This document shows positions 39,452-48,898 of a stretch of DNA of 64,000 nt, piece by piece. Each line of letters starts with the position of its first letter. Position 1 is the first letter of the stretch. This stretch comes from Candidatus Tenderia sp. GTDB taxonomy: Bacteria; Pseudomonadota; Gammaproteobacteria; Tenderiales; Tenderiaceae. The position numbers were made by a program, and so were the translations under genes. The notes beneath the pieces were generated by a model. The model was not told the DNA's origin, searched no databases, and was given only the letters and a program-made list of their open reading frames with translations. The DNA lies in assembly GCA_031416075.1 (NCBI GenBank), contig JANOSY010000002.1, positions 9,606-73,605 of the forward strand, in the 5' to 3' direction.

Positions 39452-40819
39452 TTGCCGCTGATGCCTGACTCCCCTGATAACGAACAGTCACAGACGCGCC
39501 TGCAACGGTTTGCCAAGGCGTTGGCGAGTGGCCGTCTGGTCAATATCAGGCGCATGGTCAACGAACTCTACCCTGCTGAAATCGCCCACCTGCTGGAGTC
39601 ACTGCATCCCAGCGAGCGGGAACTGGTCTGGGAGCTGGTGGAGCCGGAGAAGGATGGTGAGGTACTCACTTACGTCAATGATGATGTACGCGCCAAACTC
39701 ATCCGGCAGATGGCACCGGCCGAGCTGGTGGCTGCTGCCGAGACCATGGAGACGGATGATCTGGCCGATCTGCTCCAGGATCTGCCCGACATTGTGATCC
39801 AGGAGGTGCTGGCCTCGATGGGCAGCCAGGATCGTGAGCGGCTGGAGACGATGCTGGCCTATTCAGAGGACACCGCGGGGGGTCTGATGAATATCGATAC
39901 TATCACCGTGCGCCCTAATGTGACGCTGGACGTGGTGCTGCGGTATCTGCGGCTGCGTGGTGAAATCCCGCCCATGACCGACTATCTGGTGGTGGTCAAC
40001 CGGGCTGACCGTTATATCGGCCTGCTCTCCATCTCTGACCTGCTGACAAAAGATCCAAGTCTGAGTGTGGGGCGGGTGATGGAGAAGGATATCGATCCTA
40101 TTCCCGCCCTGATGACAGCACGTGAGGTGGCAGAGATATTTGAGTTCCGCGACCTGATCTCCGCTCCCGTAGTGGATGATGATGGCAAACTGCTAGGCCG
40201 TATCACCATCGATGACGTGGTTGATGTGATTCGTGACGAGGCCGAACACTCGATCATGAGCATGGCCGGTATGGATGAAGAGGATGACATCTTTGCCCCG
40301 GTGGTCACCAGCTCACGGCGGCGTGGTATCTGGCTAGGCATCAATCTGCTCACCGCCTTTCTCGCCTCCTGGGTGATTGGTCTCTTTGAGGCCACCATCG
40401 AACAGATTGTGGCGCTGGCGGTACTGATGCCAATTGTGGCCAGTATGGGCGGCATTGCCGGCAGTCAGACACTGACTCTGGTGATCCGTGGGATGGCCTT
40501 GGGTTATATTGACTCTGCCAACGCTAAACGGATATTGATCAAAGAGTTGGCTGTAGGGGCGTTAAATGGTCTGCTCTGGGCGCTGGTGGTTGGGGTGGTG
40601 GCCGGGTTCTGGTTTAGTGATATCAGGATTGGTCTGATTATCGGTGTTGCAATGATGATTAATCTGGTCATGGCGGCGCTGGCGGGGGCCACAATCCCGC
40701 TGTTAATGCGCCGTTTTGGTGTCGATCCGGCACTCTCCTCATCAGTGGTATTAACCACCGTGACGGATGTGGTGGGCTTCTCCGTCTTTTTAGGTTTGGC
40801 AACACTGCTGCTGCTTTAA
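39452..40819 (+). CDS. mgtE: Magnesium transporter MgtE
   Basis: EDTAGGLM, CBS pair, ASMGGIAGSQ, DPALSS..LTTVTDV. Confidence 0.95.
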   Translation: MPLMPDSPDNEQSQTRLQRFAKALASGRLVNIRRMVNELYPAEIAHLLESLHPSERELVWELVEPEKDGEVLTYVNDDVRAKLIRQMAPAELVAAAETMETDDLADLLQDLPDIVIQEVLASMGSQDRERLETMLAYSEDTAGGLMNIDTITVRPNVTLDVVLRYLRLRGEIPPMTDYLVVVNRADRYIGLLSISDLLTKDPSLSVGRVMEKDIDPIPALMTAREVAEIFEFRDLISAPVVDDDGKLLGRITIDDVVDVIRDEAEHSIMSMAGMDEEDDIFAPVVTSSRRRGIWLGINLLTAFLASWVIGLFEATIEQIVALAVLMPIVASMGGIAGSQTLTLVIRGMALGYIDSANAKRILIKELAVGALNGLLWALVVGVVAGFWFSDIRIGLIIGVAMMINLVMAALAGATIPLLMRRFGVDPALSSSVVLTTVTDVVGFSVFLGLATLLLL

Positions 40820-40930
40820 TCTGGTCTATATATGTGGACCACCCTGTGGCGGGTGAAAAACCGTTGGTGAATTGTCTGATTTGGCCGATACCTTGAGTAC
40901 GTCAGTGGCCATTAAAGAACGGATGATCGA

Positions 40931-42142
40931 ATGCCTGATATTTTTATTGCCCGTCAACCTATCTACAACCGTACACAACATGTGCTGGGTTATGAGCTGT
41001 TGTATCGCTCCGATGATGAAAATCGTGCCAAGCTTCCAGAAGGGGATGTGGCAACCTCACAAACACTGCTTAACGCCTTTACCGAGATTGGCGCCGACAG
41101 CCTGGTGGGCAGCCGACTGGCGTTTATTAACCTCTCCCGCGGTTTTTTGATCGGTACCTATCCGTTACCCCTGCCAAATGATCGGGTTGTGATTGAGGTG
41201 TTGGAGAGTATTGATATTGATGACGAGTTGATTGAAAGCATCAAACGGCTTGCCCAACAAGGGTATACCATTGCACTGGATAATTTTGTCTACCGTGAAG
41301 CGGCCCTGCCACTACTGGCGCTGGTGCATATTATCAAGATCGATATTCAGGCGATGTCTGAAGATACGCTCCGTTACCACGTGGTTGCGCTCAGTGACTA
41401 CCCCCATCTCAAGCTGCTGGCTGAGAAGGTGGAAGCGTACGAGGAGTATGAGGTTTGTCGTGATCTGGGTTTTCACTACTTTCAGGGCTATTTTTTCTCC
41501 CGCCCCAAAATCATCAAACGCAAACGGCTGCCGGGTAACCAGATAGCGCTGATCAAGCTGCTGGCCGAGCTACAGCATCCGGATGTCACCGTTCCTAAAC
41601 TTGAAATCTTAATTAGCCACGATGTTGGGCTGAGCTATAAACTGCTGCGTTATATCAACTCCTCGTTTTTCGGGCTGCCAAAACCCATCGACTCAATCCA
41701 GCGTGCGGTGGTTTTTTTGGGCACCAACGTGATCAAACGCTGGGCTACTCTGTTAATACTGTCACGTTTTGATGATAAACCGGTGGAGCTGATGGTGACC
41801 GCCGTTGTCCGTGCCAAGATGAGTGAACTTCTGGCCAAGGCTATGGGTTATCCCTCTGATGATCTCTGTTTTACCGTGGGGCTGCTCTCCGTGCTGGATG
41901 CCTTGCTCGATATGGAGATGGAGAACGTGCTTGAAATGCTCTCTATGTCTGAAGAGGTAAATAGTGCCCTGGCCAGCCATGAAGGGATTCCCGGCAATAT
42001 CCTGGCCATGGTACTGCACTACGAGTCGAGCGAGTGGGACGAAGTACTGCATAGCGAACTGCCACGGGAAGTGATTATGGACGCCTATCTGCAATCGATA
42101 GCCTGGGCCACCGAGACCTGTCGCATCCTCATTGGTGATTAA
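40931..42142 (+). CDS. EAL + HDOD domain protein (YuxH/CdgJ-like)
   Basis: ARQPI, YELLYR, ALDNF, LLAEKVE, FQGYFFSRP, LLRYINS. Confidence 0.9.
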   Translation: MPDIFIARQPIYNRTQHVLGYELLYRSDDENRAKLPEGDVATSQTLLNAFTEIGADSLVGSRLAFINLSRGFLIGTYPLPLPNDRVVIEVLESIDIDDELIESIKRLAQQGYTIALDNFVYREAALPLLALVHIIKIDIQAMSEDTLRYHVVALSDYPHLKLLAEKVEAYEEYEVCRDLGFHYFQGYFFSRPKIIKRKRLPGNQIALIKLLAELQHPDVTVPKLEILISHDVGLSYKLLRYINSSFFGLPKPIDSIQRAVVFLGTNVIKRWATLLILSRFDDKPVELMVTAVVRAKMSELLAKAMGYPSDDLCFTVGLLSVLDALLDMEMENVLEMLSMSEEVNSALASHEGIPGNILAMVLHYESSEWDEVLHSELPREVIMDAYLQSIAWATETCRILIGD

Positions 42143-42314
42143 CGGCCGCCACGGTGCAGCAGATCTTCGAAATCCGCCAGCTACATCCATCCCGCTTTAC
42201 CAATAAAGCTAAGCGTGCGTTATGCTCCCACAAACCAAAATCCTATCATGCAGCCACGTAATGTTGGCTGCCGCTGCATTTGTCTGTGAAATTATTTAGG
42301 AAAGGTAGCGCAGG

Positions 42315-42727
42315 ATGATTGACAACTACTGTGAACGACTCGGGCCGGGCCTGTGGGCAGAGCCACTTAATGCGCTGAGTAATCTGTCGTTCCTGATCGC
42401 CGCGTTTGTGGCGTGGCGACTGTTGCAGCGCGGTGCGGCGGTAGATGGCAGCCATAAAATTCTGGTGCTGCTCATCGCCACCATCGGTATTGGCAGTGGC
42501 CTGTTTCATACCTACGCCACAGTGTGGGCCAAGTGGTGGGTGGTTTTCACTATCTATCAAATCAGAATGGACGTTTATCACTACTGCTTGGTGCGGCAGT
42601 GTTTTGTCTCTCGCTGGGGTTTAGAACCGCAGATGCAGCCATGTGTGAATCGATAGCCGTCGGCACGCACTTTATGTGGCATCTATTAAACGGTGTGGTG
42701 TTGTATCTGTTTGGTGGTTGCGCGTAG
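42315..42727 (+). pseudogene. Ceramidase-like (CREST family) membrane protein, internally deleted and frameshifted
   Basis: N-half YCER..GLWAEPLNALSN...GSGLFHT in one frame; C-half SLGFRTAD..C...GTHFMWHLLNG in another. Confidence 0.75.
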
Positions 42728-42750
42728 AGCGGCGTAGGTTGTAAAGCCAC

Positions 42751-43073
42751 TAGGATGGGTGGAGTGCAGCGTAACCCATCATTCCCGATAACAGGTCACG
42801 CAAACCATTGGTCATGGTGCTTCAATATTCATCCTGTATATTTTGATGTCAGTGCTGATGGGTTACATTTCATTTCACCCATCCTACGCGCTTCATTTGA
42901 TACGACCTGGCACCGATAGATGTTGATGTTTAAGAAAGTAGAAGGATAGTGTTGCCGCAGAAATAGGATGTGCCGACGCAGGAGGCGCATCAGTCGAGTA
43001 ACTCGAACGATGCGCTTCGTACCTCAGCGCATCCTATGGACTATCCCGGATTCCGTTTCACTTCATCCGGGCT
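42751..43073. repeat. Cluster of three REP-like palindrome types
   Basis: TAGGATGGGTGGAG..AACCCATC / GATGGGTTAC..CCCATCCTAC pair; TAGGATGTGC..GCGCATC / GATGCGC..GCGCATCCTA pair; CCCGGAT..ATCCGGG. Confidence 0.75.
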
Positions 43074-43096
43074 TGCTGTGGATTGATAACGGGTAA

Positions 43097-44149
43097 TTAA
43101 TTTGCAGTACGGCGATCCAATGATTCCACATAGGCCGTAGGCCGCGCATTCAGGATTGGATCAGCGCTCGGCGCAAGCCCAGCGGGTAACGCGGTGGGTA
43201 AAAATGTTTCCGTGTCACAGGCCTGATCGGTAACACGATCAATCACTAAACGACCCATGTTGACCTCTTCACGATCGGCGGGCCACGGCTCCGTCGGATC
43301 GGTCAGTTGATCACTGGGCTGGGCAAGTTGGGCGATGACATTAAAAACCACCGGGCCTTTAGTGAGCCGCTCGGCAAGCTCAGCACGCAAGAAATCACCA
43401 CCCTTGGCCTTGGCCTCATCGTCCGTCAACCCAAGACGTCCCGCCACCGGTTCAAAGCGCCAGCGCAAGGCTTGGGTTTTGCCGCGTGCATTGGTCGCGA
43501 TGAATGCATTGGTACTCCAATAAGGCAAGGCACCGTAGCTTGCCGGCACCGGTTGGCTGTTGAGATACGCGCTCTGCTTTGTGGTGGCGGGGTTTGCTTT
43601 TGAATAGGCCGCGACTACGTCAGGATTTGCTTTGCCGGTGGCTGGATCAGGTACGCGTGCCTTTAAGAAACTCACAAATTGTTCAGGTGTTTGTGCGAAG
43701 AATTGCGGGGCGGAAATAAAAACCCATTCCAGACGCTCATTGCCATCACTCGCACGTACCGCAATACCCCGTACACTCTTGGCGTTATCGGGCGCTTTGG
43801 GGTTGCCGCCGCCCACTGAAAAGCGACCAATGATGGGAGTACGTTTATCGGCCTGAAATAGCGCGGCCTGGGTAAGGGTGGCGGCACTGGAGGATGCTTC
43901 GAGTTGTCCGGCGATGCAAACCCCTTTGGCACCTGAGGCGCGGGCCTTGTGTTTGCCAAACACGCCGTTAAGAGCATCGACCAACTCGGTAGGCGATGTC
44001 TGACTCATGGCGACCTGCGGCTTTACGTCGGCCATGGCAGGTTGTGGCGCCATGCTGTTGGACTGCATGGTGGTAGCGCAACCGGCGGTGGCGCCGACGA
44101 GGGTGGCGACGAGCACATTACGCGTGGTAGCCGATGTGATTTTATACAT
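43097..44149 (-). CDS. Small catalase-related heme protein (SrpA-like), lipoprotein
   Basis: Lipobox TAGC; AKGVC, GRFSVGGGNP, DPTEPWP, SADPILNARPTAY. Confidence 0.85.
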   Translation of the reverse strand: MYKITSATTRNVLVATLVGATAGCATTMQSNSMAPQPAMADVKPQVAMSQTSPTELVDALNGVFGKHKARASGAKGVCIAGQLEASSSAATLTQAALFQADKRTPIIGRFSVGGGNPKAPDNAKSVRGIAVRASDGNERLEWVFISAPQFFAQTPEQFVSFLKARVPDPATGKANPDVVAAYSKANPATTKQSAYLNSQPVPASYGALPYWSTNAFIATNARGKTQALRWRFEPVAGRLGLTDDEAKAKGGDFLRAELAERLTKGPVVFNVIAQLAQPSDQLTDPTEPWPADREEVNMGRLVIDRVTDQACDTETFLPTALPAGLAPSADPILNARPTAYVESLDRRTAN

Positions 44150-44467
44150 ATGAATTCTCCAGTGTTGGGTTGATGTTTTTGATCTCGCCGCCCCTATCAG
44201 CAAGAGCCGGGGAAGATAGCTCAATCACCAACATGGTCGCCGCGTGGGGAAATTCCTTACACTGAGCGAATATAATTTGCAGAAAATATCGTTTTACAGC
44301 CGCTTGCCCTGAGTTTGCCGATGAACCCAATCGCCGGGTCGTAGCTGTGCGGCGCGCGAAGAACAGGAAAAATAAACGCCATACTATCCCCTGATAAAAA
44401 GTATCCCCCCTCTAATTGGACGATCTAAAACCGGGGTTCCAGCCATCCGTAGCGAGATTGGGAGCCG

Positions 44468-45035
44468 CGGATTCAACTCGTAAATGCAACTCACAGGTCA
44501 AGGTAGAAGGGCAAGCTGCGGTATTATCGTAGCTCCCTCCACCGACCAAAGTATGAGGAGCACCAATGAGAGAACACAGACAGCTCGCCCAAGAGGAACG
44601 ATACCAGAGCCTGCCCCACGAAGTGCTTTGGGTATTTACGCGTTATGTAAAGCTGGTCATAACCAGACAGGGATAGCGGAACAGCTCGGTAGGCATAAGT
44701 CGACAATTAGTCGAGAGTTCCGGCGTAATCGAGGGCTTCGTGGGTACCGACCCGCTCAGGCACAAAAACTTGCCGATAATCGTAAACAAGAAAAAACTCG
44801 GCCTCGCATCTCCGATGAGGTGTGGCAATGGCTAGACCTCCTGATTGCGGAAGAGTGGAGTCCCGAACAGATTAGTGGCTGGCTCCTTAGTGAGGCGTTG
44901 GGCAGCATCAGCCCGGAGTGGATCTATCAGTATGTTTATACGGACAAGCGTAATGGTGGCGACCTCCACCGTCACTTACGCTGCCAGAAGGCACGGAAAA
45001 AGCGCTATGGCAGCTATGATCGCCGTGGCCAGTGA
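44468..45035 (+). mobile_element. IS30-family element, 5' fragment (transposase pseudogene)
   Basis: IRL-like GGATTCAACTCGTAAATGCAAC; MREHRQLAQEERYQ/IYAL...RHKSTISRE.RRN...WSPEQI; frameshifted by a 26-bp insert and truncated before the DDE domain. Confidence 0.88.
44608..44633 (+). repeat. Mini-element copy 2 (26-bp insertion in IS30 transposase)
   Basis: Removing AGCCTGCCCCACGAAGTGCTTTGGGT restores ERYQ-IYAL in frame. Confidence 0.85.
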
Positions 45036-45036
45036 G

Positions 45037-45066
45037 GTAGGTCGGGTTAGCGCAGCATAACCCGAC
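45037..45066. repeat. GTAG-type REP
   Basis: GTAG-GTCGGGTTA-GCGCAGCA-TAACCCGAC. Confidence 0.8.
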
Positions 45067-47029
45067 ATTTCTGATTGAGCAGCAGATTCCCAAACCCATC
45101 CACCACACAACGCCACCCCTCATCAATAAACGTAGTGGCTACGGTCTCGATGATCAATGCCGGGCCGGTGATCTGTTGCCCGGCCATTAATGTTGCGCGT
45201 TGCCACACATTAACCTTGCCACTGATGCCAAACAGCTCAACCTTCTGCTGTGGCATTGATGCTGTTGTGGTGGTGAGGGGTGGCAGTTCGATTTTGGGTG
45301 CTGGCCCTTCGGCACGAATGCGAATGTTGACCAGCTCTACTGCTTGATGCAGGCGGTGGCCGTAGCGTTGTTGGTGGGCTTGGTGAAATTCATCCTGACT
45401 GTTGTTCTGCCACGGGATGTTGAGGGTATGGGATTGGCCGCGATAGCGTAGATCGACGCTGCGTTTGATGGTGATTGTATTGATGGCGATGCCTTCTTGT
45501 TGTAATGCCTGTTGGGCGGTGGCTTCCAGTTCACTGAAACAGTTTTCCAGTGTTGTGCTCTCTACGGCGTCGAGGTTGCTGGCGATGGTGCGTGAGAGTT
45601 CGCGGCTGCGGCGTGCGACTAACATGCCGAGGGCGGAGAGTACGCCGCCATGTACGGGCACCAGTGCTTCTTGTAACCCCAGTGTTTCAGCGAGGGCGCA
45701 GACGTGCAGGCCACCGGCACCGCCAAACGGCATGAGTGTGAATCCTTGGGGATCGATACCGCGCTGGATGGAGATGAGTCGCAACGCCTGGGCCATGTGT
45801 TCGTTGGCGATCTGGATGATGCCTTGGGCGGTGGCTTCGATACTGAATGCTAATGGTGCGGCGAGGGTGGCGACGGCGTTGCGCGCGGCGTCGGCATCGA
45901 GTTGCATCTTGCCACCGAGGAAGGCGTCGGGGCGCAGTCGGCCTAGCACTAGATTGGCGTCGGTCACTGTGGGTTGTTGTCCGCCGCGACCATAACAGGC
46001 GGGGCCGGGTGCGGCACCTGCGGATTGTGGCCCGACCTGTAACAGGCCTCCTTCATCTATATAAGCGATGGAGCCGCCGCCCGCGCCGATGGTGTGCATG
46101 TCGACCATCGGCACTGATACGGGCCAGGGGCCGATCTGGCCGCTGTTGGTGAGGCGTGGTTCGCCGTCGATCAGCGCGACATCGGTGGAGGTGCCACCCA
46201 TGTCGAAGGTGAGCAGTTTGTCGCGTCCGGCACAGCGGCCAATAAAACGTGCACCCGCCAATCCACCGGCAGGACCGGAGAGCAGCATCTGCACCGCCCG
46301 CGCCCCGGCCAGTTCGGCGGCGATGGTGCCGCCGCTGCTCTGCATGACGCTGATCTGTGCTGCGGGCAAGTTTTGCTGCAACCGTTGCAGGTAGCGTTGT
46401 ACCAGTGGCCCGACCCAGGCGTTGAGCCAGGTGGTGATGCCACGTTCATACTCTTTATATACGGGCAGGATTGCGGAGGAGCGTGAGACAAAGATGTTAT
46501 CCGGCACAATCGCCTCGATCGCCTTTTCGTGGCTGTCGTCAAGAAACGAAAAGAGCAGGTTGATGGCGACGGCTTCGGGTTGGAGCTGTTGCAGCTGCTG
46601 GCGCAACAGCGCGAGATCATCGGCGGTGAGTGGTTCGATGGTGCTGCCATCGGCGGCGACACGTCCGCCTGTTTCCAGGCACAGCTGCTGCGGCACCGGT
46701 GGTGCAACTGGTTTGGGTTGCAGGTTGTAGAGTTCACGGCGTGCCTGGCGGCCGATGGTGAGCATGTCACTAAGACTGTGGTTGGTGATGAAGGCGGTGC
46801 GTACCCCCTTGCCTTCGAGTGCGGCATTGGTGGCGACGGTGGAGCCGTGCACGACACTCAGCGTGGTGGTGTTCAAACCCATATCGGCGATGCCCAGCAA
46901 GATCGCCTCTTCCGGGGCGTGCGGGGTGGAGAGCCGTTTGTGTACGGTGAGTGTTGTGCCATCAAACAGCACAAAGTCGGTGAAGGTGCCGCCGGTATCG
47001 ACGCCGAGTAAAATATTACGCGGGTTCAC
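45047..47029 (-). CDS. Hydantoinase A / 5-oxoprolinase ATP-binding subunit
   Basis: GVDTGGTFTD, HGSTVATNA, SGPAGG, DMGGTSTD, GAGGGS, FGGAGGLH. Confidence 0.93.
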   Translation of the reverse strand: MNPRNILLGVDTGGTFTDFVLFDGTTLTVHKRLSTPHAPEEAILLGIADMGLNTTTLSVVHGSTVATNAALEGKGVRTAFITNHSLSDMLTIGRQARRELYNLQPKPVAPPVPQQLCLETGGRVAADGSTIEPLTADDLALLRQQLQQLQPEAVAINLLFSFLDDSHEKAIEAIVPDNIFVSRSSAILPVYKEYERGITTWLNAWVGPLVQRYLQRLQQNLPAAQISVMQSSGGTIAAELAGARAVQMLLSGPAGGLAGARFIGRCAGRDKLLTFDMGGTSTDVALIDGEPRLTNSGQIGPWPVSVPMVDMHTIGAGGGSIAYIDEGGLLQVGPQSAGAAPGPACYGRGGQQPTVTDANLVLGRLRPDAFLGGKMQLDADAARNAVATLAAPLAFSIEATAQGIIQIANEHMAQALRLISIQRGIDPQGFTLMPFGGAGGLHVCALAETLGLQEALVPVHGGVLSALGMLVARRSRELSRTIASNLDAVESTTLENCFSELEATAQQALQQEGIAINTITIKRSVDLRYRGQSHTLNIPWQNNSQDEFHQAHQQRYGHRLHQAVELVNIRIRAEGPAPKIELPPLTTTTASMPQQKVELFGISGKVNVWQRATLMAGQQITGPALIIETVATTFIDEGWRCVVDGFGNLLLNQKCRVMLR

Positions 47030-47162
47030 GGTGGCGGGGGCAGGAACTTTTGGTGATTTGTGTCATCATATGCAACGAATTATACGGCCCCTGTTTAGAT
47101 TTGTCGTTGCAGGCGGGTGGCTCTTCCCTCAAGTACAAATTTTCATTCAAAAAACTGTGGCC

Positions 47163-48131
47163 ATGACTAGTAGCGATAATACGTTGATTCAGGTGGAGCA
47201 GGTGAGTCGTTATTACGGCCATCTGTGTGCGGTGGATAACATCAGCTTTGAGATGCGCCGGGGTGAGGTATTGGGGTTTCTTGGCCCCAACGGTGCCGGC
47301 AAGTCGACGACGATGCAGATGTTGAGTGGCAATCTTGCGCCGACGGCGGGGCGGATTCTGATTAATGGCATTGATCTGCTTGATCGCCCCAAAGAGGCCA
47401 AGGCGCAGCTCGGTTATCTGCCCGACCATCCGCCGCTCTATCGTGAGCTGACGGTGGATGAGTATCTGCTCTACTGTGCCCGGCTCAATCGTATCGCTAA
47501 ATCTAAATGCCGTGAGGCGGTTAACAGTGCCAAGGAGCGTTGTGGTCTGACTGAGGTTGGCAAACGGTTGATTGGAAATCTCTCCAAGGGGTTTCGCCAG
47601 CGTATAGGCATCGCCCAGGCGATTATTCATTCGCCAGCGGTGGTTATTCTTGATGAGCCGACGGTGGGGCTTGACCCGATCCAGATCCTTGAAATCCGCG
47701 CCTTGATTCGTGAGCTGCGGAGTGAACACAGCGTGATTCTCTCTACCCACATCTTGCCGGAGGTGCAGGCGGTGTGTGATCGGGTGCAGATTATTAACAA
47801 GGGCAAGCTGGTCTTGAGCGATACCATCAGTGGTTTACAGCAGCGAATGCAGGGGGCGAGTTTGCAGGTGGCGCTGCGGCAGCCACCGACGTTGGAGGTG
47901 TTGCAGGCGCTGGACGGGGTGGCAGAGGTGACGGCGCTGGCCGATGGCCGTTTCCGCCTTGCCATGGCGCAGGGTGATGATCTGGCGGAGCGGTTGGTGC
48001 AGCTCTCAGTACAAAATGGCTGGGGGCTGTACGAGCTGGCACCGGAGCGTATTACCCTGGAGCAGGTGTTTGTGGATATCACCACTGAAGAGAGTACGGA
48101 TGTGAGTGAAGCAACGGAGACAGCGGCATGA
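47163..48131 (+). CDS. ABC ATPase (GldA-like)
   Basis: GPNGAGKST, LSKGFRQR, LDEPTVGLDP, STHILPEV. Confidence 0.9.
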   Translation: MTSSDNTLIQVEQVSRYYGHLCAVDNISFEMRRGEVLGFLGPNGAGKSTTMQMLSGNLAPTAGRILINGIDLLDRPKEAKAQLGYLPDHPPLYRELTVDEYLLYCARLNRIAKSKCREAVNSAKERCGLTEVGKRLIGNLSKGFRQRIGIAQAIIHSPAVVILDEPTVGLDPIQILEIRALIRELRSEHSVILSTHILPEVQAVCDRVQIINKGKLVLSDTISGLQQRMQGASLQVALRQPPTLEVLQALDGVAEVTALADGRFRLAMAQGDDLAERLVQLSVQNGWGLYELAPERITLEQVFVDITTEESTDVSEATETAA

Positions 48132-48886
48132 TGATCTTTACCATTGCGGGGCGTGAGTTGCGAAGCCTGTTTCTGTCGCCACTGGCGTGGTCGATTCTGG
48201 CGGTGGTGCAGTTGATTATTGCCTACCTCTTTTTGAGCCAGCTGGATGGGTATATGGAGGTGCAGTCGCAGCTGCTGGGTATGGCCGGTGCGCCGGGTGT
48301 GACGGAGATTGTGGTGACGCCGATCTTTGGCAACGCCACGATTATTCTGCTGCTGGTGGTGCCAATGTTGACGATGCGGTTGGTGAGTGAGGAGCGCCGC
48401 AGCCAGACGCTGGCGCTGCTCTTTTCGGCACCGCTCTCCATGAGTGAGATTGTGATTGGCAAGTTTTTGGGGGTGATGGGCTTTCTGGTGATCATGGTGG
48501 CGATGATTACATTGATGCCACTGTCGTTGCTGCTGGGCGGCACGCTCGATTTTGGTTTGCTGGCTTCAGCGCTGCTGGGGTTGTTACTGTTGCTGGCCTG
48601 TTTTACGGCGCTGGGGCTGTTTATGTCGACACTGACCGATCAGCCCACAGTGGCGGCCATCAGCACCTTTGGTGTGTTGCTGATGTTGTGGATCATCGAT
48701 TGGGCGGGCAGTAATGAGGCGGGTCATATCAGTGGCCTGTTTGCCTATCTCTCGATCCTGCGCCATTTTGAGTCGCTGTTGCGCGGGGTCTTTGATAGCA
48801 GTGATGTTATCTACTACCTGCTGTTTGTCACGGTTTTTCTCGGCCTGAGCATCCGTCGTCTCGATGCCGACCGTCTGCAGCACTAA
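48128..48886 (+). CDS. ABC-2 permease (GldF-like)
   Basis: RELRSLFLSPLAW, TMRLVSEERR; 6 TM. Confidence 0.88.
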   Translation: MMIFTIAGRELRSLFLSPLAWSILAVVQLIIAYLFLSQLDGYMEVQSQLLGMAGAPGVTEIVVTPIFGNATIILLLVVPMLTMRLVSEERRSQTLALLFSAPLSMSEIVIGKFLGVMGFLVIMVAMITLMPLSLLLGGTLDFGLLASALLGLLLLLACFTALGLFMSTLTDQPTVAAISTFGVLLMLWIIDWAGSNEAGHISGLFAYLSILRHFESLLRGVFDSSDVIYYLLFVTVFLGLSIRRLDADRLQH

Positions 48887-48898
48887 GGAAGTGAAGTC

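Noticed and set aside
42751-43073. CRISPR array
   Set aside because: Repeats are inverted, differ in type and are irregularly spaced; no cas genes
44400-44445. Possible second IS end upstream of the IS30 fragment
   Set aside because: Only a vague resemblance to an inverted repeat; no partner end or transposase
46755-47162. N-terminal extension of the ABC ATPase ORF
   Set aside because: Overlaps the hydantoinase gene on the opposite strand; the ABC domain starts at ATG 47163
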